The notes below the pieces were generated by a model, which saw only the letters and a list, made by a program, of their open reading frames with translations, ran no database searches and was not told the origin of the DNA. Position numbers and translations under genes: made by a program. A stretch of DNA of 64,000 nucleotides. It comes from a bacterium. Lineage in GTDB: Bacteria; Actinomycetota; Acidimicrobiia; Spongiisociales; Spongiisociaceae. Positions 27,388 through 38,027 of the stretch are shown here, piece by piece; the stretch's first letter is position 1, and every line of letters begins with the position of its first letter. The stretch is from positions 50,747 through 114,746 of the forward strand of contig JAPPHZ010000035.1 of NCBI GenBank assembly GCA_028820935.1. Reading direction: 5' to 3'.

Positions 27388-29233
27388 GGAGGGTAGCGTA
27401 GAGGTTCTCGGCGACACGCAGCGGCACCACCTCGGCCAGCTGGCTCACGCTGGCCTCCCGCATCTTCTTCACCGAGCCGAACGTCCTGACGAGTGCCTTC
27501 TTGCGAGCGGGTCCGACCCCGTCCACGTCGTCGAGTATGGAGTCGATCATCCGCTTCCCGCGGAGCTGGCGGTGGTACATGAGAGCGAACCGATGGGCCT
27601 CGTCACGGACCCGTTGGAGCAGGTGGAGCGCGGGCTGGTCCCTCGGGATGACGATCGGATCGACCTGACCCGGGACGTAGACCTCCTCCATGCGCTTCGC
27701 CAGTCCTGCCACCGGTATGTCGAGATCGAGCCGGGCGAGGACTTCGACCGCCCTGGCGATCTGCCCGGGCCCCCCGTCGATCAGGACCAGGGAGGGCGGG
27801 TAGGCGAACTTGCCCCGTTCCGATACGGGTTTTTCGAGGTCTGCAAGATAGGCGGTGAAGCGCCGGCGGACGACCTCCTCCATGGAGGAGAAGTCATCCT
27901 GCCCGGTCACGGTCCGGATCCGGAACCTCCGGTAGTCGGACCGCCGGGGAAGTCCGTCCTCCAGAACCACCATCGACGCCACGGTATGGCGCCCCTGGAT
28001 CGTCGAGATGTCGTAGGCCTCGATGCGGAGTGGCGGCTCCGGAAGCACCAACGCGGTCTGGAGGCTGCGCAGGTCGCGGGCCCGGGCGTTGTGGTCCGAC
28101 TGGCGTCTCAGCCTATGCCGCAGGAGAGCCTCGGCAGCGTTGGTCTTGGCGGTCTCCAGCAGGCGGCGCTTGGCGCCCCGCTTGGGAGACCGGAGTGTCA
28201 CCCGAGTGCCGCGCCGCTGTGACAGGAGATCCGACCACGGCTCATCGTCCGGTGGCAGGGCCTCCACCAGGATGAGACGGGGCGGTGGCGAGGACTCGTC
28301 GTAGAGATCCCGGAGGACGGTGGCGGTGACCTGGGAGGGCGTCACGTCCTCGACCTTGTCGATGATCGAGCCCAGCCGTCCCACTATGCGGCCGTTGCGC
28401 ACCTTGAGCACCTGAACCGAGGTCTCGAGGTCGGTCTCGTCCATGGCGATCAGGTCGAAGTCCTCGCGCCGGTCGGTGACCACCTCCTGGCGGGCCACGG
28501 CGCGCCTCACATCCTGAGCCTGGTCGCGCAGGCGGGCGGCGCTCTCGAACTCGAGTCTGTCCGACGCTTCGCGCATCCGGGCTTCTATGCGTTCGATCAG
28601 GTCGTCGGCGCTGCCCGATAGGACCTGCTCCAGGCCGTTCACGTACCCGGTGTACGTATCCGGGTCGACATAGCCCACGCAGGGCGCCGAGCAGCGATCG
28701 ATCTCGTACTCGATGCATGGCCTGCCCTTGAGCTCGTGGCGCCGGAACACCGTATCGGAGCAGGTGCGGATCGGAAGCGACTTGAGCAGCAGGTCCAGGG
28801 TGTTGCGGATGGCATAGGCATGGGCGAAGGGCCCGAAGTACTGGACACCCTTGCGCTTGGCGCCCCGTACAACCCGGGCGCGAGGCCACAGGTCGGACCG
28901 GGTTATGGCCAGGTAGGGGTAGCTCTTGTCGTCTCGCAGCCGGATGTTGAAGCGGGGGCGGTGCTCCTTGATCAGTGAGAACTCCAGGAACAGGGCAGCC
29001 ACCTCACTGTCGACCATGATCCATTCCACGCCGTCGGACGCCTCGATCATGGCCTGGGTCCGGGGAGGCAGATCTCCGGTGAAGTAGGTGGAGACCCGCT
29101 TGCGGAGAGAGTTGGCCTTGCCCACGTAGTTGACCCGGCCATGCCGATCACGGAACAGGTAGGCGCCGGGCGCGTCAGGAATCTCGGCCGGCAGGGGACG
29201 GTTCACGGGCCAGTCTCCATCGGCGTCGAACAA
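27380..29233 (-). CDS. uvrC: excinuclease ABC subunit C
   Basis: GIY-YIG N-terminus (GAYLFRDRHGRVNYVGKA), UvrBC domain, RNase H-like and HhH C-terminus. Confidence 0.9.
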   Translation of the reverse strand: MFDADGDWPVNRPLPAEIPDAPGAYLFRDRHGRVNYVGKANSLRKRVSTYFTGDLPPRTQAMIEASDGVEWIMVDSEVAALFLEFSLIKEHRPRFNIRLRDDKSYPYLAITRSDLWPRARVVRGAKRKGVQYFGPFAHAYAIRNTLDLLLKSLPIRTCSDTVFRRHELKGRPCIEYEIDRCSAPCVGYVDPDTYTGYVNGLEQVLSGSADDLIERIEARMREASDRLEFESAARLRDQAQDVRRAVARQEVVTDRREDFDLIAMDETDLETSVQVLKVRNGRIVGRLGSIIDKVEDVTPSQVTATVLRDLYDESSPPPRLILVEALPPDDEPWSDLLSQRRGTRVTLRSPKRGAKRRLLETAKTNAAEALLRHRLRRQSDHNARARDLRSLQTALVLPEPPLRIEAYDISTIQGRHTVASMVVLEDGLPRRSDYRRFRIRTVTGQDDFSSMEEVVRRRFTAYLADLEKPVSERGKFAYPPSLVLIDGGPGQIARAVEVLARLDLDIPVAGLAKRMEEVYVPGQVDPIVIPRDQPALHLLQRVRDEAHRFALMYHRQLRGKRMIDSILDDVDGVGPARKKALVRTFGSVKKMREASVSQLAEVVPLRVAENLYATLHG

Positions 29234-29237
29234 CCCA

Positions 29238-31364
29238 TCAACCCAACGCGCCGAACCACCGGTCGTGGATCTGCTTGTAGATGCCGGACTCGATGAGGTC
29301 CAGAAGGGCCAGATCGATCCTCTCGCGTAGCGCGGTGTCGTCCTCGCTGACCATCAGCCCGTACTGAACCTTGTCGAACAGCGGGCCGACCGTGGTCACC
29401 GTGCCCTCGCCCCGGTGGGACACGTGGAACTGGAGAACCGGAGCATCGAATACGACCGCATCGACCTCGCCCTGCGCCAACTGATCGTAGGCGTCATCGA
29501 GATTGTGCACCACGACCGGGCCGACACCGATACCGGTCAGGTAGTCGTATCCGGCCGAGTCATGGACGGTAGCGATCCGGTGGCCCGGAAGATCGGCGGG
29601 TCCGTCGATGTTGCTCCGGAGTTCGTTCACCGCCAGCGACGAGGCGATAGCAGCGGTGAAGCTGGCGAATACCAGGGTTCCCAGGGCAATCCAGATCAGG
29701 GCGAACAACCTGCCTAGTCGGCCGCGGGCCACCTTGTCCCCGTAGCCGACCGTACTCATGGTGACGACGGACCAGTAGAACGAGTCCCAGATGCCCCGGC
29801 CGTACGGCACTGCGAAGTCCGGGTTGTGCTTCCGTTCCAGCCACCAGATCAGGTGGGCGGCGACCAGAACGGCAACCGCGAACACCACCAGCAGCCAGGG
29901 CAGGTCCGAACCCCAGATAGCCGACAGGAATACCCCGATGCGGTCCCAAACCGCTTGGGATCCGCTGGTGGGGGTCATGATCGTGAGGCCGGTGTCGAGC
30001 AGGGGTAGCGAGAAGTCGATCGCCTCCTCGCGCGGGCCGGTAATCACCACGCCGCCCAATCCCACGTCGGCCACTCCGCGGCTGATGTCGTCCATCTGCT
30101 TTGCCGCGGTGTCGACCGCGTAGATCTCGACCGTCATGCCGAGGCGCGCGGCGATGAGTTCCACCAAGTCTACCTCGAAGCCGCTGTACGTACCCTGGTT
30201 GTAGATGACGAAGGGCGGAAGGGTACGGGCCGCTACATGGAGCATGCCGCCTGCTGCAGTGTCATCCACGGCGCTGCCATCCAAGGCGATGGCCTCCGGA
30301 TCGGCGGCTTCGATCCACGCGGACACCACGTCCGAGTTCTGTTCCACCCATTGCTCGGCGTGGCGCCGGATGTCCTCCGGATCACCCTGGTCGCGGACCA
30401 TGTGGGCGTTCTGCAGGGAGATGTCCTCGAGAGAGATCACCACCCGTTCGAGCAGCCTGCGAACGGACGGGTTGGCATCGAGGAAGCCGGAGTTGGCCAC
30501 GGCACGGATGTCGTTGGGGGGCCATCCCACCTGGCACGGATCGTTGGCGCATCCCGGTATTCCCGGTATCGATGTGTGGTCGAGAAAGGCCGACTGGTCG
30601 GGAGGGAGGGACGGGAAGGGTGTCTCCAGCCACACCACGTCACGGCCGGGCACCAGCTCGCCGACGGTCCAGTTGGGAGTCCATGTGTAGTACAGGACCG
30701 GCTGCCCGGCCTCGAACCGGGCGATGGTTTCGGCTATCAACGGGGAGTAGTCACCCTGGACCTGTTCGACCGTCCCATCCAGTCCGAACGCCTCAAGATG
30801 GTGGTCGATGATGTGTGAACACGTCCAGCCGGTCTCGCAACCGATCAGGTCGGCCCGGCCGTCGGCGTCGAGGTCGAACAGCGCGGCGACTTCGGGATCG
30901 GCCAGATCTCCGAGGTTGGTGATGCGGTACGCCCCTGCCGTGGCAGCGTCGACGAAGTAGCCCTGGAGTGCCCCCGCGTCGACCTGCGTCCCGATCCGCT
31001 CCACGAGGTCCTCCTCGATGAGGCCGTCGTGGGTGGGGAACCATCCGTTCACCCAGAGATCGACCTCACCGGCGGCCACCGCGCGGTAGAAGTCCGGGTT
31101 CTCCATGGTGACCGGACCTTCCACGCGATACCCCAGGCGCATTAGGAGGAGACGGTAAACCTCGGCCTGGAACCAGCCGGTGTCCCAGGTCGCCCTGGCC
31201 ATGCGCACCGTCTTCGCCTCGACGGGATCCCCATCCGGCTGGCCCGACGCGGGGACGACCGCCATCATGGCCAGCAATGCCAGAGCCGACAGCGAACAGG
31301 CGATCAGGGTGCGGCGCACGATGGTCTCCGGTAGGGACTCCGCCAAGGCTAGCGATGTCTCCAT
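29238..31364 (-). CDS. iGluR-like ligand-gated K+ channel: signal/TM, ProX/OpuAC-like betaine-binding domain, SBP type-3 lobe S1, M1-pore(TVGYGD)-M2, lobe S2
   Basis: The N-terminal ~350 aa are paralogous to the downstream ProX lipoprotein (shared DxDGxGxADxIGCxxGWxC and YxWTPNWT motifs). Then comes an SBP_bac_3-like lobe (GFEVDLVELIAARLG...DFSLP), a TM helix, the pore helix with K+ selectivity filter MSTVGYGD, a second TM, and a second SBP lobe (...VDAVVFDAPVLQF...). This is the GluR0-type topology. Confidence 0.85.
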   Translation of the reverse strand: METSLALAESLPETIVRRTLIACSLSALALLAMMAVVPASGQPDGDPVEAKTVRMARATWDTGWFQAEVYRLLLMRLGYRVEGPVTMENPDFYRAVAAGEVDLWVNGWFPTHDGLIEEDLVERIGTQVDAGALQGYFVDAATAGAYRITNLGDLADPEVAALFDLDADGRADLIGCETGWTCSHIIDHHLEAFGLDGTVEQVQGDYSPLIAETIARFEAGQPVLYYTWTPNWTVGELVPGRDVVWLETPFPSLPPDQSAFLDHTSIPGIPGCANDPCQVGWPPNDIRAVANSGFLDANPSVRRLLERVVISLEDISLQNAHMVRDQGDPEDIRRHAEQWVEQNSDVVSAWIEAADPEAIALDGSAVDDTAAGGMLHVAARTLPPFVIYNQGTYSGFEVDLVELIAARLGMTVEIYAVDTAAKQMDDISRGVADVGLGGVVITGPREEAIDFSLPLLDTGLTIMTPTSGSQAVWDRIGVFLSAIWGSDLPWLLVVFAVAVLVAAHLIWWLERKHNPDFAVPYGRGIWDSFYWSVVTMSTVGYGDKVARGRLGRLFALIWIALGTLVFASFTAAIASSLAVNELRSNIDGPADLPGHRIATVHDSAGYDYLTGIGVGPVVVHNLDDAYDQLAQGEVDAVVFDAPVLQFHVSHRGEGTVTTVGPLFDKVQYGLMVSEDDTALRERIDLALLDLIESGIYKQIHDRWFGALG

Positions 31365-31517
31365 ACGTCCTCATGGAACAAATACCTGGGTTTCTCCGTA
31401 CTCGCGGTCTGCTTGGGCTATAGAGTGAATGGCACAGGGCTCGGCTGTGAATTGCCGTGCACCTGGCTGGCGATTGAAAGGAGGCCCGTATGGTCATGAG
31501 AATCGGGAGGAGGTTCC

Positions 31518-33296
31518 ATGGCTGACAACAAAGGCCACGACCAGGACCTGGACCTCACCGGCATCTCCGAGGCCTACGAGGACTGGGAGAAGGACCAGGA
31601 CCGCCGCCGCGAGGCTGCCATCCGGGAACGTGCACACTTCCAGGGTCTTCAGGTAGACCCCGACATCGACTTCTATCCCGAGGTGGCCGACCGGGAGCCC
31701 GGTGACAAGAACATAGTCAGGTGGGGATTTGACATACATCCCCAGGTGACGTTCTACGCCGCCGGATTCCTGGTGATTTTCATAGCGGCCACCCTGATCT
31801 TCCCGGATCAGGCGGGCGGGGTGTTCAGCGCCATCCTCACCTTCATCAACGAGAAGGTGGGCTGGCTGTACATCATCGCGTTCAACGTCTTCATCGGCGC
31901 CGCGCTCTACTTCGCGTTGGGCAGGTACGGCAAGATACGACTAGGCGGCCCGGGGGCCCTTCCGGAGTTCTCCACACCCGCCTGGTACGCCATGCTGATC
32001 TCGGCCGGTCTCGGCATCGGGTTGATGTTCTGGGGCGTGGCAGAGCCGATCTTCCACCTGACGGCGCCGCCTCCCCTGTTCGACGTGGAACCCTTGTCGA
32101 CGGGCGCGGCCCGGGCATCGCTGGCGACCTCCTACCTCCACTGGGGGATCCATGGGTGGGCGCTGTACGGCCTGGTAGCCCTCGCCCTCGGGTTCTTCGC
32201 CTATAACCGAGGACTACCCCTGACCTTCCGCTCGGTCTTCTACCCGATCCTGGGTCCGAAGATCTACGGCGGATGGGGCAACGCCATCGACATCCTCACC
32301 GTGGTGGCCACCCTCTTCGGTCTGGCTACTTCGCTGGGGTTCGGCGCCTCGCAGGCCGCTGCGGGGCTGAACAAGGTCTTCGGTGTCCCGGACACCCTGT
32401 TGGTCCAGATTCTGCTGATCGCAGGTATCACGGGGCTGGCCACCATCTCGGTTGTGGCCGGCTTGGACGCCGGAGTCAAGCGGCTCAGCGCGCTCAACGT
32501 ATGGCTGGCCGCGGCCTTCCTGGTCTTCGTGCTGGCGGTGGGCCCGACCCTGCTGGTCCTCTCGCTGTACGTGGAGAGCATCGGCGTCTACATCCAGATC
32601 CTTCCGGAGTTCTCGTTCTGGAACGCAGCCCTGCTTGACACGCAGTGGCAGCAGTGGTGGACCATCTTCTACTGGGGATGGTGGATCTCCTGGTCCCCCT
32701 TCGTAGGCATGTTCATCGCCCGGATCTCCAAGGGGCGCTCGGTGCGGGAAATGATCGTCGGTACGATCGTCCTTCCCTGCCTCCTGTGCTTCCTGTGGTT
32801 CGCGGTGTTCGGCGGAGCAGCCATGAACCTGCAGATGACCGGCGAACTGGACGTTGCTACGGCGGTGAACGAAAACGTGGCGACCGCCCTGTTCGTGATG
32901 CTGGAGGCCTTCCCATGGACCTTCTTCGTCTCGATAGTGGGCATCCTGCTACTGGTCTCGTTCTTCGTCACCTCGTCGGACTCGGGATCCCTGGTGGTGG
33001 ACCACCTGACTTCGGGCGGAAAGCTCGACTCGCCCAAACCGCAGCGCGTGTTCTGGGCGTTGATGGAAGGCGCGGTGGCGATCGTGTTGCTGGCCGGAGG
33101 CGGCCTGTCCGCCCTACAGACGGCTGCCGTGGCTACCGGACTGCCCTTCCTCTTCGTGCTGCTGATCATGCTCTGGAGCCTGAAGAAGGCCTTCGACGAG
33201 GAACTCGACCTCTTGGAGAGCCACTACGACGAGGCCATCTTCCAAGCCCAGCACAGCGGCTTGATCGAGCGGCTGGAGAGAGGAGGTGAAGCATGA
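31518..33296 (+). CDS. BCCT family betaine/carnitine/choline transporter
   Basis: 592 aa, 12 TM, BCCT signature region ...RLGGPGALPEFSTPAWYAMLISAGLGIGLMFWGVAEP... A strong GGGAGGAGG RBS. Confidence 0.9.
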   Translation: MADNKGHDQDLDLTGISEAYEDWEKDQDRRREAAIRERAHFQGLQVDPDIDFYPEVADREPGDKNIVRWGFDIHPQVTFYAAGFLVIFIAATLIFPDQAGGVFSAILTFINEKVGWLYIIAFNVFIGAALYFALGRYGKIRLGGPGALPEFSTPAWYAMLISAGLGIGLMFWGVAEPIFHLTAPPPLFDVEPLSTGAARASLATSYLHWGIHGWALYGLVALALGFFAYNRGLPLTFRSVFYPILGPKIYGGWGNAIDILTVVATLFGLATSLGFGASQAAAGLNKVFGVPDTLLVQILLIAGITGLATISVVAGLDAGVKRLSALNVWLAAAFLVFVLAVGPTLLVLSLYVESIGVYIQILPEFSFWNAALLDTQWQQWWTIFYWGWWISWSPFVGMFIARISKGRSVREMIVGTIVLPCLLCFLWFAVFGGAAMNLQMTGELDVATAVNENVATALFVMLEAFPWTFFVSIVGILLLVSFFVTSSDSGSLVVDHLTSGGKLDSPKPQRVFWALMEGAVAIVLLAGGGLSALQTAAVATGLPFLFVLLIMLWSLKKAFDEELDLLESHYDEAIFQAQHSGLIERLERGGEA

Positions 33297-34225
33297 TCAA
33301 GCGATCGAGCACTCTGATCGCCGCGGTCGCGGCCTTCGTGGTGGTGCTCTCGGCCTGCGCCGTGCAGGAAGAGGAGGGCCCCGTGGCGATCGCCCGGGCC
33401 GACTGGAGTTCCGGCTACATGCAGGCCGCCATCTACGCGCAGCTGATCGAGGAGCTCGGGTACGAGGTCACCGATCCGGCGGCCGCCGAGCTCAGGCCTT
33501 ACTCGTTCTATCCGGCTCTTGCGGCCGGCCAGTACGATTTGTGGGCCAACGGCTGGTTCCCACTCCACAATTTCTTCCTGGAGGGAGAAAACGTCACCGG
33601 CCAAGCGGTCGATCTACCCATCGAGCCGGTGGGCTGGCAGGTCAGGGGCGGCGGCGGCGAAGGCATCATGGTCGACAAGGCCACGGCCGACCGGCTGGGC
33701 ATCTCCTCGATGGACGGTGTGGCCGCAAACGCCGGCGTCTTCGACAAGAACGGCAACGGCAAGGCGGACTTCATCGGCTGCAATGTCGGATGGGGATGCC
33801 AGATCGCCTTCAACGAGCAGATCGCCAACGAGAGCTGGGGCGTCGGCGTGGAGCAGATCTCCGGCACCTACGACCAGCTGATCAGAGGCGTCATCGACGA
33901 GATACAGGCCGGCGAGTCGGCGGTGTTCTATGCCTGGACCCCCAACTGGACCAGCACCGTCCTGGTGCCGGGCCAGAATGCCGTGTGGGTGCAGTCCGAC
34001 ATCAACGACATCCGAGCGGTGGCCAACACCGACTTCCTGGATAGGAACCCGGACATCCGCCGCCTTCTCGAGGTGGTGGCGATCCCGTTGGAGGACATCG
34101 CGGCGCAGAACGCCAGAATGGCCGCCGGGGAGTACTCCGAGGCTGACATCGAGGCTGACGCCGAGGCTTGGATCGCCGACAACCGGGACCAGGTCGATGA
34201 CTGGCTGGCAACGGCACGCGGCTGA
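33293..34225 (+). CDS. glycine betaine/proline betaine-binding lipoprotein (ProX/OpuAC family)
   Basis: Lipoprotein signal with lipobox (VVLSAC), then a ProX-like substrate-binding fold. ATGA overlap with the BCCT stop. Confidence 0.85.
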   Translation: MIKRSSTLIAAVAAFVVVLSACAVQEEEGPVAIARADWSSGYMQAAIYAQLIEELGYEVTDPAAAELRPYSFYPALAAGQYDLWANGWFPLHNFFLEGENVTGQAVDLPIEPVGWQVRGGGGEGIMVDKATADRLGISSMDGVAANAGVFDKNGNGKADFIGCNVGWGCQIAFNEQIANESWGVGVEQISGTYDQLIRGVIDEIQAGESAVFYAWTPNWTSTVLVPGQNAVWVQSDINDIRAVANTDFLDRNPDIRRLLEVVAIPLEDIAAQNARMAAGEYSEADIEADAEAWIADNRDQVDDWLATARG

Positions 34226-34258
34226 TCAGTCGAGACAGACAAGCAAGAACAGTTAGGA

Positions 34259-34301
34259 AGACCCGGCTCCTCACCGATTCGAGAGGAGCCGGGTCTTCGC
34301 G
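34259..34301. terminator. bidirectional intrinsic-terminator-like hairpin between convergent genes
   Basis: gacccggctcctc-accgattc-gaggagccgggtc, a perfect 13-bp stem, followed by TCTTCG/T-poor tracts. Confidence 0.45.
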
Positions 34302-34327
34302 TAGCGGGGACGAAGTCTCGGGCCCGG

Positions 34328-35053
34328 CTACGCCCGGAGCCAGCGGAGCGCCATGAGATGGGGGATGTCCCCGTGCTTGGCGAGGATCGGATCCCTGGCG
34401 GCGGCCCGAGGGCCCACCCCGTGCTCCAGCACCTTCTCGAGGGACCACCCGGCCGTGGCAGCCTGGGTGAGCAGGGTTCCGATCGGTCGGTGGATGAACT
34501 CGACCGCCCGGTCTCCGGCCGGCTCCCGGGTTCGGCCCTCGCTCAGGTAGTCCCCGAACCTCCAGAACAACTCGCCGTCGGTCGGGTCGATCACCGGACC
34601 GGACCCGGGAGCCGTGTAGAGGGGGTGGTTGATGACGATCACCAGCGATCCGCCGGCGCGGGTGACCCTCGCGGTCTCGGCGAAGAAGCGCCGTGCGCTC
34701 GCGAAGTGTTCGAGCGCTAGCACCACGTAGGCACCGTCAACCGCGGCGTCGCTCACGCAGCCCAGGTCGGGCAGGCGGTGGATGAAGACGGGGTGGCCCC
34801 GGGCAGCGATGCCGGCCAGCTCGAGATTGGTGTCGACGCCGATGGCTCTGGCGTCCCGCGCCGCCAACAGATCCTGGATGCGACCGTCCCCGCATCCGAG
34901 GTCGAGGAGGATCTTGCCCCGCACCGGCCCGAGCACTTCGAGGAAGAGGGGTATTACCTCCTCCCGGTAAGCGGGATCATCTACTTCGACCAGCCACCAA
35001 TCGGCCAGCTCGTCCCAATCACCGGACCCGCGCAATGGTGGACGCGTGGCCAT
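34328..35053 (-). CDS. class I SAM-dependent methyltransferase
   Basis: Motif I ILLDLGCGDGR and motif II/III spacing typical of small-molecule methyltransferases. Confidence 0.8.
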   Translation of the reverse strand: MATRPPLRGSGDWDELADWWLVEVDDPAYREEVIPLFLEVLGPVRGKILLDLGCGDGRIQDLLAARDARAIGVDTNLELAGIAARGHPVFIHRLPDLGCVSDAAVDGAYVVLALEHFASARRFFAETARVTRAGGSLVIVINHPLYTAPGSGPVIDPTDGELFWRFGDYLSEGRTREPAGDRAVEFIHRPIGTLLTQAATAGWSLEKVLEHGVGPRAAARDPILAKHGDIPHLMALRWLRA

Positions 35054-35083
35054 GGCCTCAATCAGCCGCCACGCGTACCAACA

Positions 35084-37903
35084 CTAAGGCAGCACATCCC
35101 GCAAGAACTTGCCGGTGTAGGACTCGGGCACGGCGGCCACCTGCTCGGGGGTTCCGGAGGCCACGATCCGTCCGCCCTCGTCTCCGCCTTCCGGGCCGAG
35201 GTCGATGATCCAGTCGGCGGAACGCACCACGTCCAGGTTGTGCTCGATCACCACCACCGTGTTGCCGGTGTCCACCAGGCGATGGAGTACCTCCAGGAGC
35301 TTGCGCGTGTCCTCGAAGTGGAGCCCGGTGGTGGGCTCGTCCAGGATGTAGAAGGTGTTGCCGGTGGCCCGCTTGCCCAACTCGGACGCCAGCTTCACCC
35401 GCTGGGCCTCCCCGCCCGAGAGGGTCGGGGCGGGCTGGCCGAGGCGGATGTAACCGAGGCCGACATCGCAGATGGTCTGGGCGATCCGGGCAATCGGAGG
35501 CTGCGCCTCGAAGAACGAAAGCGCCTCCTCGGCGGGCATGTTCAGGACGTCGGCGATCGACCGGCCCTTCCACAGCACCTCCAGGGTGTCCCGGTTGTAG
35601 CGCCGGCCCTCGCAGACCTCGCACAGCACGTAGACGTCCGGCAGGAAGTGCATCTCGATCCTGATGTTGCCGTCGCCCCGGCACGCCTCGCAGCGCCCGC
35701 CCTTGACGTTGAACGAGAACCGCCCCGGCATGTAGCCGCGGGCCCGGGACTCCGGTGTGGAGGAGAACAGCTTGCGGATCCGGTCGAACACCTTCGTGTA
35801 CGTGGCGGCGTTGGAGCGCGGGGTGCGGCCGATGGGCGACTGGTCGATGTTGATCACCTTGTCGAGGTGCTCGACCCCTTCGATGCGGCGATGCCGCCCG
35901 GGAACGGCCCGCGACCGGTACAGCCGGCTATGGAGGCCTTTCGACAGGATTTCCTGGACCAGGGAGGACTTGCCGCTACCGGACACCCCCGTCACGGCGA
36001 TCAGCTTCCCCAGGGGGAGGTCCACGTCGAGGTCGCGCAGGTTGTTCTCGGCGGCCCCGATCACCCTGAGCGACCGCCCGTCCCCGTTGCGGCGCTGTTC
36101 GGGTGTGGGGATGCGACGCCGGCCGGCCATGTAGGCGCCGGTCAGCGACTCCGGCTCGGCCACGAGGTCGGAGAGGTCCCCCTGGGCCACCACGTGCCCG
36201 CCCCGCTCCCCTGCTCCCGGGCCCAGGTCGACCACATGGTCGGCGGTCCGGATGGTCTCCTCGTCGTGCTCGACCACGATCAGGGTGTTCCCGAGGTCGC
36301 GGAGCCGCAGCAGTGTCTCGAGCAACCGCCGGTTGTCCCGCTGGTGGAGCCCGATGGAGGGTTCGTCGAGCACGTAGAGGACGCCCACCAGTCCGGAGCC
36401 GATCTGGGTTGCCAGGCGGATGCGTTGCGCCTCGCCTCCGGAGAGGCTGGCGGCGCCCCGGTAGAGGGTCAGGTACTCGAGACCCACGTCGAGGAGGAAG
36501 CTGAGGCGCTCCCGGATCTCCTTGAGTACCGGGCCGGCAATGGTCGCATCCCGTTCGCCGAGCTCGAGCCGGTCGAGGGCTTCGAGCGTGCCCCGGATCG
36601 ACCGGTCGCAGACCTCGAAGATGTTCAACCCCCCCACGGTGACGGCCACCGACACCGGGTTGAGGCGAGCGCCGGAGCAGGTCGGGCAGGGCACCTTGCG
36701 CATGTACTCCTCGTACACCGACCGGGCGTGATCCGACTCGGTCTGCTCGTGGCGCCTTCGCAGTACCGGGATCACCCCTTCGTACTTGGCGCGGTAGCGC
36801 CGCCTCCGACCGAACCGGTTGGTGAAGGACACCTGGATCTTCAGGTCTCCGGTGCCGTACAGCACGGCCTGCCGGTGCTCGAGGTCAAGGTCGCAGAACG
36901 GGGTGTCGACATCGAAGCCCAGCGTCCTGGCCAAGCCCTTGAGGAGATGCTGGTAGTAGCGGTTGCTGTTGGTAGCCCATGGTGCGAGCGCGCCGTCCGC
37001 TATGGAGCGCTCGTCGTCGGGCACGACCAGGCGGGGATCCACCTCGAACCTGGTACCGATGCCTGAGCAGGCTTCGCAGGCGCCGTAGGGGCTGTTGAAG
37101 GAGAACGACCGGGGCTCCAGTTGGTCGAACGAGATACCGCAGCTGTCGCAGGAGAGATGCTGGCTGAAGGTCAGCTCGGACCCGCCGATGATGTCGATCA
37201 CCGCGGTGCCGCCCGTCAGTCCCAGAGCGGTCTCCAGAGATTCGGTGAGTCGCCTGGTGCCGCCCCGCCCGGCTACCAGCCGGTCCACCACCACCTCGAT
37301 CGTGTGGGTGTAGTAGCGGTCGAGACGGATGGATTCGGCCAGGTCCATTATCTCGCCGTCGACCCGGGCCCGGCTGAAACCCTGGCGGGACAGGTCCCGG
37401 AACAACTCCTCGTACTCTCCCTTCCGTCCCCGCACGATCGGCGCCAGCACCTGGAAGCGGGTGCCCTCCTCAAGCTCGGTTATCCGGTCGACGATCTGCT
37501 GCGGGGTCTGGCGCTCCACCACCTTCCCGCACCGGGGGCAGTGGGGCGTACCGATGCGGGCGTAGAGCAGGCGGAGGTAGTCGTGGATCTCGGTGACGGT
37601 GCCCACCGTGGAACGCGGGTTCCGGCTGGCGGTCTTCTGGTCGATCGAGATGGCGGGTGACAGGCCTTCGATGAAGTCCACATCGGGTTTGTCCATCTGG
37701 CCCAGGAACTGGCGGGCATAGGCCGACAGGCTCTCAACGTAGCGGCGCTGGCCCTCTGCGTAGATGGTGTCGAACGCCAGGCTGGACTTACCCGAACCGG
37801 ACAGGCCCGTGAACACGATAAACCTCTCGCGGGGCAGCTCGATGGAGATGTCCTGGAGGTTGTGCTCGCGTGCTCCGCGAACGATGAGCTTGTCTCTGGT
37901 CAT
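35084..37903 (-). CDS. uvrA: excinuclease ABC subunit A
   Basis: 939 aa, two ABC modules ([28 protein letters not shown]...; [10 protein letters not shown]) and zinc fingers. Confidence 0.95.
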   Translation of the reverse strand: MTRDKLIVRGAREHNLQDISIELPRERFIVFTGLSGSGKSSLAFDTIYAEGQRRYVESLSAYARQFLGQMDKPDVDFIEGLSPAISIDQKTASRNPRSTVGTVTEIHDYLRLLYARIGTPHCPRCGKVVERQTPQQIVDRITELEEGTRFQVLAPIVRGRKGEYEELFRDLSRQGFSRARVDGEIMDLAESIRLDRYYTHTIEVVVDRLVAGRGGTRRLTESLETALGLTGGTAVIDIIGGSELTFSQHLSCDSCGISFDQLEPRSFSFNSPYGACEACSGIGTRFEVDPRLVVPDDERSIADGALAPWATNSNRYYQHLLKGLARTLGFDVDTPFCDLDLEHRQAVLYGTGDLKIQVSFTNRFGRRRRYRAKYEGVIPVLRRRHEQTESDHARSVYEEYMRKVPCPTCSGARLNPVSVAVTVGGLNIFEVCDRSIRGTLEALDRLELGERDATIAGPVLKEIRERLSFLLDVGLEYLTLYRGAASLSGGEAQRIRLATQIGSGLVGVLYVLDEPSIGLHQRDNRRLLETLLRLRDLGNTLIVVEHDEETIRTADHVVDLGPGAGERGGHVVAQGDLSDLVAEPESLTGAYMAGRRRIPTPEQRRNGDGRSLRVIGAAENNLRDLDVDLPLGKLIAVTGVSGSGKSSLVQEILSKGLHSRLYRSRAVPGRHRRIEGVEHLDKVINIDQSPIGRTPRSNAATYTKVFDRIRKLFSSTPESRARGYMPGRFSFNVKGGRCEACRGDGNIRIEMHFLPDVYVLCEVCEGRRYNRDTLEVLWKGRSIADVLNMPAEEALSFFEAQPPIARIAQTICDVGLGYIRLGQPAPTLSGGEAQRVKLASELGKRATGNTFYILDEPTTGLHFEDTRKLLEVLHRLVDTGNTVVVIEHNLDVVRSADWIIDLGPEGGDEGGRIVASGTPEQVAAVPESYTGKFLRDVLP

Positions 37904-38027
37904 GAAGCCCGGACGGTTCGGCGCAGGGGAAGCGGGACACCAGGCATTCTAGTGGTTGCCCGTGACCACCCACCGGCGCCGGGTGACAGGCGATGTGTCG
38001 CTTCACCCCCCCCGTCAGACCCGTTGG

